64,000 nt of DNA. Origin: Chiloscyllium plagiosum. Taxonomy: Eukaryota. Below are positions 25,601 through 37,860 of the stretch, piece by piece. Position 1 is the stretch's first letter. The number at the start of each line of letters is the position of its first letter. Location of the stretch: the NCBI RefSeq assembly GCF_004010195.1, contig NC_057753.1, forward strand, positions 13,257,979 to 13,321,978, written 5' to 3'. The notes beneath the pieces are model-generated. The model was not told the DNA's origin. It did not search any database and saw nothing but the letters and a program-made list of their open reading frames with translations. Both the position numbers and the translations under genes were made by a program.

Positions 25601-25929
25601 AGTCATGAGCAGCTCGGACTGAAATTCACAACAGAAATTTCTAGTTTCAATGGAATATTCATTCATCTCTTGTTCCCCAAAACAAGCGATTCAGGCAAAC
25701 TAAAAGTCAAATTCAGCAACCAAGTTGCCAAGGTAAGCTAAGGGAACCTTTCCAATAAATCAGAATGTAGCCCCTGTATTAATGGAACACTCTGTACGCT
25801 AAGATACGCAGCAGTTGTGGTTGGCACCAATGTACCAGTGATATTGTGTTCTCCCCTACCAGGACTGCCTAGGCATAGGGAACATCACAAAGAATCCACA
25901 GTCATACGTGGATTCATTCACAGTCATTG

Positions 25930-26240
25930 TGGGCGGCACGGTGGTTAGCACTGTTGCCTCACAGCGCCAGAGACCCGGGTTCAATTCCCGCCTTAGGCGA
26001 CTGACTGTGTAGAGTTTGCACATTCTCCCCGTGTCTGCATGGGTTTCCTCCGGGTGCTCCGGTTTCCTCCCACAGTCCAAAGATGTGCAGGTCAGGTGAA
26101 TTGGCCATGCTAAATTGCCCATAGTGTTAGGTAAGGGGTAGATGTAGGGGTATGGGTGGGTTGCGCTTCGGCGGGTCGGTGTGGACTTGTTGGGCCGAAG
26201 GGCCTGTTGCCACACTGTAAGTAATCTCATCTAATCTAAT
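25930..26240 (+). mobile_element. HE1-like SINE, full length
   Basis: A/B boxes, core and taatct tail. Confidence 0.9.
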
Positions 26241-26364
26241 ATCAATCTTAATGCCTCACGAAGCAGGCTCGATGGACAAAAAAGCATATTCCAGCACCTA
26301 TTCCTTGTTTTCAGCCACTTAAACACCCACCCCCACAACTCACAAAGCGGTCCTGATCATCGAA

Positions 26365-26595
26365 ATAAAAACTGAAAGAACTGTGGAAGCTGTAAATCAG
26401 AAACAAAAGAAAACGAAGTTGTTGGTAAAGCTCAGTAGGTCTGGCAGCGTCTGTGCAGAGAAATCAGAGTTAATGTTTCGGCTCTGGCGACCCTTGCTCA
26501 GTTGAGGAAGGGTCACCGGACCCGAATCGTTAACTCTGACCTCTCTGCACAACTGCTGCCAGACCCTGCTGAGCTTTTCCAGCAACTTCTGTTTG
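26365..26595. mobile_element. Fold-back PLE terminal pair with hammerhead motifs at the centre
   Basis: Inverted arms meet at about 26500; the plus arm reads tTGAGGA-A-GGGTC-accg-GACCC-GAAt-CGTT-AAC. Confidence 0.8.
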
Positions 26596-26819
26596 CTTTC
26601 GTATTCGTCTGAGCCCCACAAATCACAGCACAAGCACATCCAAGTGGATTTGAAATACCCAGCCGCCCCCTCCTTCTGATGACACCCCTTCCCGATAAAC
26701 TGGCACAATGTGAAGCTACAGTGTCACTGAACGTTGAGGATCCGCCCTTTCAAGTAACTCTGCAATCCTCCTGCCTCTCCCGCTACTCAGCAGCATCGCC
26801 TGGGAGCGGCTGAAGATGC

Positions 26820-27220
26820 TAATTGTTCTGAGTTTAAGGGTCGCGCGCTAGGACCCGGTGGGACCGAACGCTCTGAAATCCCGCCCACCGTGCGTCACCA
26901 AACTGACTACGCATGCGCCGAGCTCCCTTCGGAGCCAAGATGGCGTCCGCTACCCGAGATGTGATCCCGGGTGAAGGCCCCAGGGGCGTGAATTCGGGAC
27001 TTTCCGGTTGCTAATCGAAGTTTGAGGTACTCGGCGAGCGTTTGCAAATAATATGCCCGCCCGGCGCTCCCTCCGCCGTCTCGCAGCCTCACCGTGCGCG
27101 GACCAGAAACAGCGGCGTTTCTGGCGGTTGTTTTCACCGTCACTGCGCATGCTCTAAACTCCAGGTGGTTACAGCGCCTGCGCAACGCTCCTATGCGCCG
27201 AGATGCGGGACATTCACCAC
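26820..27220. promoter_or_regulatory. CpG-island promoter, probably bidirectional
   Basis: GC box cccgccc, NRF1-like ACGCATGCGC at 26909-26918 and YY1 CAAGATGGCG at 26936-26945; lies between a minus-strand ZNF pseudogene and a plus-strand ZNF gene. Confidence 0.75.
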
Positions 27221-27242
27221 AAGGGGGAGGGAGAGAAACATT

Positions 27243-27745
27243 TGGGGCGGTACGGTGGCTCAGTGGTTAGCACTCATGTTCAGTTCAAAATCGGGCGACA
27301 GTCTGCGTGGAGTTTCCACACTATCCCTGTGTCTGCGTGGGTCTCCTCTAACAAAGTTGTGCAGGTCAGGTGAATTGGCCAAGCTAAGTTGCCCATCGTG
27401 TCAGGGGTAAGTACAGTACAGTGTATAGGACATGGGTCTGGGTGGGTTACTCTTCGGAGGGGTCAGTGTGGACTCGTTGGGCTGAAGGGCCTGTCACTGT
27501 ACTCCTAGGGATTTGTTAATTTTCATGTGATGGGGATGGGAAGCAACGCAAGCAGGAACAAAACACTACAGAAATAATACAAGTGTGAAAGACAGGGGTT
27601 TCTAAAATGTTTTCAGGGAAAATGCTAAATTGCCCGTAGTGTTAGGTAAGGGGTAAATGTAGGGGTATGGGTGGGTTGCGCTTCGGCGGGTCGGTGTGGA
27701 CTTGTTGGGCCGAAGGGCCTGTTTTCACACTGTAATGTAATCTAA
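27243..27745 (+). mobile_element. Two HE1-like SINE pieces (27243-27510 and 27623-27745)
   Basis: Similar to the SINE at 25930-26240. Confidence 0.8.
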
Positions 27746-28073
27746 AAAAATAAAAAAAAACTGCAGCTTTTTAAAAAATTGATTCAGTGGATATGGGCCA
27801 GCATTTATTGCCCATCCCCAAATGACCTCAATAAAGTGGCAGTGAGCTGTTACCTTGAGCTGTTGTTTCTTTTACTTTAATTTTATCCTGTGGACTTGCT
27901 GTTTGATCTGACAGCTTTGGTTTTGGTTTTGATGTTGCTTCACGTCCAATGAAGCAGTTGATAGTTCCGTCTAGTATATCGATTTGGGCAAAGCTTTTCC
28001 ACGCCTATAGCTGGGTGGATGCTGAGCTTTGTTGGAGGTTGGAATCTCTCCACGCTCCAGGCTCACTGCCTTT

Positions 28074-28109
28074 ATTCCTGATGAAGGGCTTTTGCCCGAA
28101 ACGTCAAAT
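28074..28109 (+). ncRNA. Minimal type I hammerhead ribozyme motif within a PLE fragment (about 28040-28170)
   Basis: attc-CTGATGA-A-GGGC-TTTT-GCCC-GAAA-CGTC-aaat; the core is intact and stem I has a mismatch. Confidence 0.7.
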
Positions 28110-28309
28110 TTGAAGCTCCTTGGATGCTGCCTGAACTCCTGTGCTCTTCCAGCACCACTGATCCAGAAACTGGTCATGAGTCTAATGAGTCACGATGGAG
28201 TATGGGATTCCAATGGGCACAACAATCCGACTTAGCCAAATTGTCTTGAGCCGTGATTGTACAGTGTTTTGGGAGTGGAGAAATTGGTAAGGAAACAAAA
28301 ACAGAAACT

Positions 28310-28440
28310 ATGATTCTGAGAAAATGTCACTCGACCCAAAATGTTAGCTCTGATTTCTCTCCCCCAGATGCTGCCAGTCCTGCTGAGCTTCTCCAGTAAC
28401 GTTTTGCTTTTGTTCCTGATTTCCAGCATCTTCAGTTTTT
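28310..28440 (+). mobile_element. PLE terminal fragment with a decayed hammerhead motif
   Basis: ttCTGAGAAaatgtcactcgacccAAAAtgttag followed by the family 3' tail. Confidence 0.6.
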
Positions 28441-29616
28441 TTTTTCAATTTTTGCTTAGTGTTGTGATGTAGGTAGCAAGCAAGGTAGTGGTCTTTTACC
28501 AGATCATCAGCTCCCTTCATGATGGCTTTTGTCACTGTTGTTTCTCTGGAATATAGAGAAGTGTCAATGATCTGACTGGCATTTGTGTTTGGAGATGTGC
28601 AAATGTTGTATAACTTTTGCTATTTCATTATTTTTGTGTTAACTTGGCCCCACCTTAATACTGCCATGGTAGGGTATGGAAAGTGGAGATTTATTGAATT
28701 AACCCTGAGGTACTGTGTACTTAACAGCCAATGAATACTTAATATATGTTGAGTACATGGCGTTATTGATTAATCACTGGGTGAGTTGGTCTGATAAGTA
28801 ACCAAATGGAAAACCTTTCCATTCACCTCTTGCTTTATTACAGTAGATAGACCTTATTTTAGTACATGTAGATGGGACAGTATTGCCTTATTACAGTAGT
28901 CTGTGAAAATAATTAGATAGACTTTGTAAAGAACCAGGACAGACAGTGGGGGCTACAGATTCCTAGTGACCAGGAGACTGTGAAAGGTCAAGCCTCCTGA
29001 CTCGTCCTCAACCCTGTAATGTTCTGATCACCGTCTCATTCTCTCGGATCCCCTTTTATCCTCTTCCTCCATCTCTCCTCATGCTCACACTCCCATTCCC
29101 TTCTCAGGTTCTCACACCCTTCATGTTGTGGCTGCCCTTCTCACACTCTCGCCTCTCTCCCTGACTGCACTTTCTCTCATTTCTGATACTCATTCTGTTC
29201 CCTCCTCCACTACTTTCTCTGTGATCTCCCCCACCATGCACTCTTTCTCTATCGTGCTCTATCTCTTTTGCTCTTCCCTCATTCTCTTGATCTTTTTCTC
29301 CTTCCTCCCATTAAAGCCGAAGTCTTGTGTAGTCCAGACCAGCTGGCATTTTTGGTTTATTTACCAAGTTGGTAGCTTTCATGCTCGGGTGTTCCTAGTG
29401 TCTGCCCCAAAAATTACCAGACAACACTCAGCTCTATTTCATAACCTCCCTTTGTGATTTTGTCAGTTGTCTCTCTTTCACACTGTTCTGTTTTCAATAA
29501 ACTTCACAGGACATTGGAAAGGGAGGATTTGCAACCGGGTGTCTGAAACCAAGCATCACATCAGGATCTCAGAGGCTCCATGTTTTCAAAGTCAGAAGTT
29601 TCATCGGATTTTAAAC

Positions 29617-30738
29617 ATGGAATGGACAAACCCCATTCACGGTGGGGAGAAACTTTACACTTGTTGTGTATGTGAACAAGGCTTCAGTCAATCAGCTGGC
29701 CTCACTAACCACAAATGCAGTTACACTGGAGTGAAAGTGTTCATCTGCTCAGAGTGTGGTGTGGGATTCACTCGGTCAGCCCACCTTCTGAGACATCAGT
29801 GGGTTCACACTAAGGAGAGACCATTAATCTGCTTTGAGTGTGGGAAGGGATTCACTCACTCAGCCAGTCTGCTGAGACACCAGCGAGTTCACACTGAGGA
29901 CAGACCTTTTAAATGTCCAGACTGTGAGAAGTGCTATAAAAGTCGCAGCAGTCTGATGTCCCATCTACGTGTTCACACTGATGAGAGACCTTTTAAGTGT
30001 TCAGACTGTGGCAAATGCTTTCAAAGTTCTGGGAAATTGATGTCCCATCAACGTGTTCACACCGAGGAGAGACCATTTAAATGCCCAGAATGTGAGAAAT
30101 GCTATAAAAGTTCAGGAGAATTGATGTCCCATCTACATGTTCACACTGACGAGAGACCATTTAAATGCTCAGACTGTGGGATGTGTTTTAAACGTTCCAG
30201 CAATCTCACATCCCATCAACATGTTCACACTGACAAGAGACCGTTCAGGTGTTCTCACTGTGGGACTGGGTTCAGGCAATCGTCTCAACTCACTAAACAC
30301 CAGCGCATCCACACTGGGGAGAGACCGTTCACCTGTAACAATTGTGGGAAGGGGTTCACTCAGTCATCCCACCTTCTCACCCACCAGCTAGTTCACACTG
30401 ACAAGAGACCTTTTAAGTGTTCAGACTGTGGGAAGTGCTTTAAAAGTTCCAGGGTATTGATCCACCACCAACATGTTCACACTGAGGAGAGAGCTTTTGC
30501 ATGTCCTGACTGTGGAAAGTGCTTTAAAAGTTCTGGGGAGCTGATGCGCCATCAGCGTGTTCACACTGAGGAGAGACCGTTCAGGTGCTCTCACTGTGGG
30601 GCTGGGTTCAAGCGATCATCGGACCTCATTGTACACCAACGCAGTCACACTGGGGAGAGGCCATTCTCCTGCATGGAGTGTGGGAAGGGTTTCACTCACT
30701 CTTCCAACCTGCTGAGACACCGGCGAGTTCACAAGTGA
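29617..30738 (+). CDS. C2H2 zinc-finger protein, 13 finger units
   Basis: Acceptor …ttcacAG at 29508-29509; first ATG at 29617 ([12 protein letters not shown]); AATAAA at 30831. Confidence 0.9.
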   Translation: MEWTNPIHGGEKLYTCCVCEQGFSQSAGLTNHKCSYTGVKVFICSECGVGFTRSAHLLRHQWVHTKERPLICFECGKGFTHSASLLRHQRVHTEDRPFKCPDCEKCYKSRSSLMSHLRVHTDERPFKCSDCGKCFQSSGKLMSHQRVHTEERPFKCPECEKCYKSSGELMSHLHVHTDERPFKCSDCGMCFKRSSNLTSHQHVHTDKRPFRCSHCGTGFRQSSQLTKHQRIHTGERPFTCNNCGKGFTQSSHLLTHQLVHTDKRPFKCSDCGKCFKSSRVLIHHQHVHTEERAFACPDCGKCFKSSGELMRHQRVHTEERPFRCSHCGAGFKRSSDLIVHQRSHTGERPFSCMECGKGFTHSSNLLRHRRVHK

Positions 30739-32249
30739 CAGCATGTTGCTGTTAGCTACTTCCTGGAAACAACCTTGTTCATTATGCTCATTGATGTTGA
30801 TAACATCCAATACTATGTATTAATATGCTGAATAAAAGTCAAATAAATCAGCTCTGTATTAGTCTGTCAAAGTTTCATTTTGAGGGGCTCTCACTCTCCC
30901 CTGTCTCCTCAATCTTCACCTCCATCAAGTTGGAGGAGCTCTTGGAGCTTCTTTGGATTGAGACAATCCAATCAACTACTACTGCTGCTTCCCTCCCTTC
31001 CAATAGTTCACAGGTCCCCACTGCCTAAAGTTTCCCCCTCAGGTCAGAATTCCCATCTTTCTCCAATTACTCTTTATCCCTTCATCCCCTGTCGGAGCTC
31101 GCTTTGTGGACTACAGCCACCTCCTGCTCCACTGACCCAATTCCCAGTAACATGCAGAGCAGACCACCCAACCTCCCCATATTTGCCAATATTTTTAACA
31201 GTTCGTTCTCTCCACTCATTCTGTCCATCATGCCTTTAAATCTCCAAATCTTATTTAAAGAAACCTTGACTGTCCTCAGCAAGCTAATGCTGTGTCTCAG
31301 GTTTCCCTCTCCTCTCTAAAGTCCTTGAACTCTGATATTTCTGACCTATGTGCTGTCGCCAGGTAACACACTATCACAGACAACACCCAGCTGCAACTCA
31401 GTAACATCTCTCTCCACTTCTCCACAATCGCTAAATTATAAAACTGTTCATCCCAGATCCAACATTGCATGATTAGAAATTTCATAAATCTCTCTGTAAA
31501 CCTTTATGTAAATTGAGATGATGTTTGCATCATGTGTTTCCTGTGGAACGGTTCTGTCCTTCCAATAGAGAAGAGGTCATGAGGATTGTGACAGTAGATG
31601 GAACTTTCTGTACTTGATTAGTTCAACTGGAATTCCATCCTTGCTGGTGCCTCTCTTCTTGCAAAGAGATCAATGCCATTATCATCCTTAAGTCTGCCTT
31701 CACTTGTCCAATTCAACCCTTGACAGGTGTCTGTGGGAGAGCATCAAATGGAGACTGGGAAACCCCCATTTCACAGGAGAACAGCTCCTAGTCTTGTTTA
31801 ATCCAGTAAGACATCTTTGCTGTGCTGCAAGTGGGAGGTCTGGCATTTGCTGATTTCAGGCAAGTAACTTTGGTGATGGAGCAAGGACACTTTTGATCCC
31901 ATCATGCATAGCATATAGATCTTCATTGTCACCGTTTGGGTTACTTGATAGAACCTTATCAAGCGATTCTTTGCACAGTAACTCTCTCTCTTCTGCACAA
32001 TTTTCTTAGCCACTTCCAGATTATGCAGTGTTTTAGCTGTTGGGTTTATGCTGCTTCAGTATGGTATTGACTTTGGCTTCAATGACAGATCTCATTTCTG
32101 CAGAGTGGATCTCTAACTATTCTTTGTTGCAGGTTCAATTTTTAAAAAGGTTCTTTAAAAAATTACCAGAAACAGTTCCATAATAGTAAACACTAGCCAT
32201 GCACAAGCATTTTTAACTTCAGTACAAATAATGCAAATATTGTCAGGCT

Positions 32250-33930
32250 GGTATTCCTGGATGTTAATAACAGCAGAATTGAAGCCCTGTAGACATTTAT
32301 GACTTTCCTGATATGTTAGCTGATTAAATTACTGAGTAAATCCATTCCCACACAGGTGAATGGTTTCTGTCCAATGTAAATACTTTGCCTGCAGTGAGGA
32401 TGGAAGACTGAGTGAATGCTTTTCCACACAAAGTCCTCCAAGGGGGATACACAACAATGCAGAGTGGCCAAGCAGAGGCTGATAGCCAAGTTCGGTACCC
32501 ATGAGGACGGCCTCAACCAGGACCTTGGGTTAATGTCACACAATAGGTGGCCCCACTACATTGTACACACACACACACATGTACACAGTCTTACATTCTC
32601 ACACAATCAGACAGACCGTCTCCCATACACACAGTCCGCACTCACACCCACGCCCACATCCTCTCTCAGGCATATACTCCATCACACTCAGGCACAAACT
32701 CTATCAAGCACACACACACATAGTTACACACTCTCACTGTGTCCGCGCGCACACATATAAGTCTAAGGGGTGAATTTGCATTTGCAGAATTCTGTTTGCA
32801 GATACGTTCTATTTTGTTCAAAAAGCACACAATCTGTAGGCAGTCAATACATGTGACATTTATAAATTCCTACTTTGGAAATAGAACCAGTCTGACTCAA
32901 GATTGGAATACAGACAGACTAACTTCACAACTTTAATGCATTCTCGGAGCTAGATGTCACTTTTTAAAAATAAACGCTGAAGTAGTCTCAAGAATGCAAC
33001 TTGAAAGATCATATTAATGTTTACATATTAATGAATTGAAACTTGCAACCCATTCTAAATGATGAAAGACTTAATAACAATCTAGTTTTAAATCAACTAG
33101 GCGAAAGTGAGGACTGCAGATGCTGGAGATCAGAGTCTAGATCAGAGTGGGCCTGAAAAAGCACAGCAGATCAGGCAGCATCCGATGAGCAGGAAAATCC
33201 TGAGCTGGCAATTTGGAACTGGGGTAAGGTGGGGGGAGGGGAAATGAGGAAACAGGTGAAGTCCATATTGATGCTCTGGGGTTGAAGTGTTCCGAGGCGG
33301 AAGATGAGGCGTTCTTCCTCCAGATGTCGGCTGGTGAGGGAGTGGCCGGGAGGAGGCCCAGGACTGCATGTCCTCAGCAGAGGGGGAGGGGGGGTTGAAA
33401 TGTTGATTGGTGCGGGTATCCCAGAGATGTTCCCTAAAGCTTCTATTTCTAAATAAACCTGGTGGACTAAAACCTGGTGTTATAAGATTTTTAACTTTTC
33501 CACACAAAGTGCAGGTGAATGGTCTATCCCTTGTGTGATGTCGCTGATGTCTCAGCACGGTGGATGAACTGCTGAATCTCTTCCCACATTTGGAGCACAT
33601 GAGTGGCCTCTCCCCAGTGTGAACTGACCGATGTATTGCAAGGGCAGGTGACTTTGTGAACCCCTGAGCTGGATTCACCCTGAGGTGGATCGTTTCTCCT
33701 GAGTGTAACTGTATTGATGGATTTCCAGTTCAGATATGCAATTGATTTCTTCATCGCAGTCCTCACATTTGCATGGTTTCTCTCCTGTGTGGCTGTGTTG
33801 ATAGATTTCTGACAGTGATGGATAATTAAATCCTTTACCACAAGCCCCACAATAGGCATAATTTCTGCAAGTTACAGGTGACCTTGTATCTCTCTAGGTT
33901 GAACAATCAATTAAAGTTTCTACCACATAT
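32250..33930 (-). pseudogene. C2H2 ZNF pseudogene split by a PLE insertion
   Basis: Fingers at 33495-33860 ([33 protein letters not shown]) resume at 32250-32434. Confidence 0.85.
32435..33494 (+). mobile_element. Penelope-like insertion with 16-bp TSD, containing a second PLE fragment (-, about 33100-33440)
   Basis: cttttccacacaaagt at 32419-32434 and 33495-33510; begins with the PLE C-terminal peptide QRLIAKFGTHEDGLNQD. Confidence 0.85.
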
Positions 33931-33934
33931 AGAT

Positions 33935-34105
33935 CACACGGTGGCTCAGTGGTTAGCTCTGATGCCTCACAGCGCCCAGGGACCCAAATTCAATTCCAGT
34001 CTCGGGCAGCTGTCTGTGTGGAGTTTGCACATTCTCCCCATGTCTGTGTGGGTACCTCTGAGTGCTCCAGTTTCCTCCCACAGTCCAAAACTGTGCAGTT
34101 TAGGT
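33935..34105 (+). mobile_element. HE1-like SINE, 5' half
   Basis: tRNA head and start of the core. Confidence 0.75.
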
Positions 34106-34694
34106 GGCTTTACCGTTCCCACCCTTCTCTGCCTTCCACGAAAACTGTTCACTTCTACAATGCCTGGTTTGCGACACTTTTCCCACTGCTGGAAAATGCA
34201 CTTAAACAGATGTTTTATGAGATTGGTGCACCTGATGGGCTGAAGGGCCACTGCCATGCTGTCAAAACTCCAAGGCTGACTCTACTGCTAAGCACTGATG
34301 GTGGAGACAGTGTGAGAGAGAAAATATGGGCAGACATGGGATAGATTTTAATCCCTGCTGTTTTCGCTGGCACTATCTCATTACTGACCAATGGACCACA
34401 CCAGCCGTTTCAAAGCAGCTCACCAGGTCAAACAGCCTCTATCTGTGTTGTGAGGTTCTTCCCTTTGCTACCGCTCTCTCTGCTAACACATTCACTGGAT
34501 TTGTCCATGAGATGAGGTGGTTGACATGGAGCTGAAGTAGGATGAGCCTCTTTTCTCTCCAGTTTTGAATAATGAGGGATAATCTCATTGAACAGTCTGA
34601 AATTCAGAAATTGTTTGACAGTGTTGTTGCGACATGGGTGTGTCAAGAAATGGCCTCAATACTCTTCATCACATATCAGCCAGTCAAGCATTAA

Positions 34695-35060
34695 TTTTTT
34701 TTATTTACTCATTCACGGGATGAGGACATTGCTGGTTAAGGGAACATTTATTGCCCATCCCTAATATCGCAGGGAGCAGTTAAAAGTCAACCATATTGTT
34801 GTGTGTCTGGAGTCACGTGTTGACCAAACCAGGTAAGGAAGGCAGTTTCCTTTCCAAAAAGGACATGAGTAAACTAGATGTGTTTTTCCCTGACAATTGA
34901 CAATGGTTTTATGGTCAACAGTGAACTCCTAATTCCGGACTTTGTTTTCATATTGAATTCAAACTGCATCATGTGCCATGTCAGATTTGAGCCTCCAGAA
35001 TACTACTTAGTTCTCTGGATAAGCAGTCCAGTGACAATACCACTCAGCCGTTGCCTCCCC
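34695..35060 (-). mobile_element. Older tRNA-SINE with a CR1-type tail
   Basis: Reverse complement starts ggggaggcaacggctgagtgg… with a B-box-like motif and ends in an A-rich tail; related pieces at about 22230-22320, 27780-27860 and 63190-63310. Confidence 0.55.
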
Positions 35061-35528
35061 AAATGCCAAAATGAGGGCTTAATTGTCACTCAAATGGTTA
35101 TGAGTCTTTGGAATTCTCTAACCTGTGGATCCCAGTGGCTGAGTGTACTGATTGCTGAGATGGATATGTCTTAGTCCTCAGTGTGTGCTTTCAGGATTTT
35201 CTATTTCCTTGTTTTTGTCAATTTGGAGCAGGGCTCTGAATGGACGCTCAATCTCTGACCACTTCAACTTTTATTCACATTAGTTGTGCAGCCTCACATT
35301 GAAATGTTGCGAGGAAATGTTGCAGATTTCAAACGCACAAGGTATGTTTGTCCCTTTCCAGTTATATTGTGCAATCACAACTTAGATCACCGCTTCGATA
35401 TAATGTAAAGTCTCAAGGTGCTTCTCAGGAGCATTAAATAAGAAAGTACAAATGTCAGCCATAAAATAGGTCAAATGACCAAACATTTAGACAAATAGAT
35501 TTTTAAAAATAAAAATGCCTTGAAGGAG

Positions 35529-35655
35529 TCATGATTTGGAGATGCCAGTGTTGGACTGGGATGTAGAAAGTTAAAAATCGCACAACACCAGGTTATAGTC
35601 CAACAGGTTTAATTGGAAGCACTAGCTTTCGGAGCGACGCTCCTTCATCAGGCGG
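35529..35655 (-). mobile_element. 127-bp PLE-derived mini-element with an intact hammerhead motif and 9-bp TSD
   Basis: ttgaaggag at 35520-35528 and 35656-35664; same family as the 3' end of the 32435-33494 PLE. Confidence 0.8.
35620..35654 (-). ncRNA. Minimal type I hammerhead ribozyme motif
   Basis: Reverse complement: CGC-CTGATGA-A-GGAGC-GTC-GCTCC-GAAA-GCTA-GTG. Stems I and II pair, and helix III is the palindrome AGCT. Confidence 0.75.
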
Positions 35656-36011
35656 TTGAAGGAGGTAAGTGAGGGACAGATGGAGAGAAGTGTACGGAGG
35701 CAATTGCTGAGCTTACGGTCTCAGGAACTGGGAGTGGGGCAATCTGATTGAAATGTAGATGGAATCAGAATTTGAGGAGTGTAATCCAGACATCTGTGAC
35801 CATCAAGACAATTACTGTGGTAGGGAGGGGCGAGAGATGGAATGATTTGTGTTCATCAGTAAGGATTTTAAAATAACAGAAGTGCTTGATGAGGAGCCAA
35901 TGCAAATCAGCCAGTGTTAGGAGCCATGGAGGAATGGGACTTGCTTCAGTGTAAGCCTGGGCAGCAGCTTTGTATCTCAATTTTACAGAAGGTGAAATAT
36001 CCAATTTTACA

Positions 36012-36335
36012 GAAGGTGAATTGGCCATGCTAAATTGCCCGTAGTGTTAGGTAAAAAGGGGTACATGTAGGTGTATGGGTGGGTTGCGCTTTGGTGGGTC
36101 GGTGTGGACTTGAAGGGCCGAAGGGCCCGTTTCCACACTGTAAGTAATCTAATCTAAAAGAAAAGGTTACCCCTCAGATTCTTTTAAAGTGGGCGGCACG
36201 GTGGCACAGTGGTTTGCACTACTGCCTCACAGCGCCAGAGATCCAGGTTCAATTCCCACCTCAGGCGACTGACTGTGTGGAGTTTGCACGTTCTCCCCGT
36301 GTCTGCGTGGGTTTGTAATGTAATCTAATCTAATC
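36012..36335 (+). mobile_element. Two HE1-like SINE pieces (a 3' half, then an internally deleted copy)
   Basis: 3' half at 36012-36155; head and tail at 36190-36335. Confidence 0.8.
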
Positions 36336-37164
36336 CAAATACATTCCAGAACTGACTTTGTGGTAAATCTGCACTGACCTGTTTTCAGGACTGATATCTA
36401 ACCTTGAAGTCACAGTGTGAACAGTGTGTGGAGACAGTCCTGATGAGGGACAGAAGCACACTTTGGGAGAATGAGGCATGGCAGAGGGAGCAATTGATCC
36501 AGCAGGGGAATGCGGAAACTCCCCAAAACAGCTTGTGGAAATGGCAAACCCCAGTAAAGAAAATACCAGTCCGCCCGTTAGCAGAGAGTGGAGTCCATCA
36601 TTTCCCAATGGGAAGCCTCGGTTATTGAACATATCAATAAAATTGAAAGGGCAGTGTACTGCAGATGCTGGAGATGTGACAGGTTTTTTGTTTTGCATGC
36701 GTATACACCTGAGGCCATCATTGGTGGATAAATTCTGGAGATTGCAGTGGTCACTGAAGACAACAGCTTCACCTTTCTCCTGTTTAAATGGAGGAAAATG
36801 TCCCTTTTGTTTATCCCCTGCTATTCCCACCTCATTCTGCTCCCACTGAGACCAGAGTCTAGTGTTGGTCCAGTCCAGGTGGAAGATTTTCTTTCCTGAA
36901 GGCATTTTTGAACAAGTTGAGTTTCGACACAATCCGACAGCTTTCACGATTACATTTTCTGAGGGCCTGTTGTACAAATGACCAGGTTATTGGCTGGATT
37001 TCACAACCTGCCTTTGTTTTTCTCACAGCCCATTTTCTTTGCAAATTCAATTTCACGTGGTATAAGAAAAAAAGTTTCAGTCAGCTGGGCTCAAACCAAA
37101 CACCACACCCGTATCTGAAAGGGTTATTCAGTTTGCCAGGACCTGAATATCATCAGCTTTCGAC

Positions 37165-37860
37165 CATGGCAGCAAAAGGTACCAAAAGGTACCTGAGAAA
37201 AAGCCTTGGGAATGTGGCGAGTGTGGCCAGGGATTCAATTACCCAACGGAACTGGAAACTCATCACTGTAGTCACAGCGGGGAGAGGCCATTCACTTGCC
37301 CAGCATGTGGGAAGGGGTTCACTCAGTCATCCAACCTGCTGACACACCAGCAAATTCACATTGAGGAGAGATCGTTTAAATGCCCAGACAGCGGGAAGAG
37401 TTATAAAACTTCTGGAGAACTGATGGCTCATCAATGTGTTCCCTATGAAGAGAGACCGTTCAGCTTCTCTCACTGTGAGACTAGGTTCAAACGGTCATCT
37501 CAACTCACTGTTCACCAGCAGGTTCACACGACAAAAGACCTTTCAAATGCCCAGACTGTGGAAAATGCTATAAATGTTCTCCAGATCTGATGTCCAACTG
37601 TATTCAGACTGAGGAGAGACTATTTGGGTGTTCTTACTGTGAGAGTGGGTTCACGCGATCATCTCAATTCACTGTACACCAGCGAATTCACGCCGGGGAG
37701 TGAACTTTTCAATACCCAGAGTGTGGGAAATGCTATAAAAGTTCTGGGGAATTGACACGTCATCAACATGTTCTCGCTCACATGAGGCCGATCAGATACT
37801 CTGACTGTGGGACCAAGCTTAGTGTTCAGGGATGTGTAGGTTGGTTCACAAGTCACTGTA
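37165..37860 (+). pseudogene. C2H2 ZNF pseudogene
   Basis: [51 protein letters not shown], then frameshifts and stops; 3' cassette as in the 29617 gene. Confidence 0.85.

Noticed and set aside
29467-29616. ORF-track N-terminal extensions from TTG starts (also at 17689, 49587 and 60443)
   Set aside because: These are non-ATG starts in a eukaryote; at 29467 and 60443 they lie in polypyrimidine acceptor regions.
36330-36977. 215-aa minus-strand ORF
   Set aside because: No recognisable domain; it overlaps repeat fragments and the intron-like region before a ZNF pseudogene.
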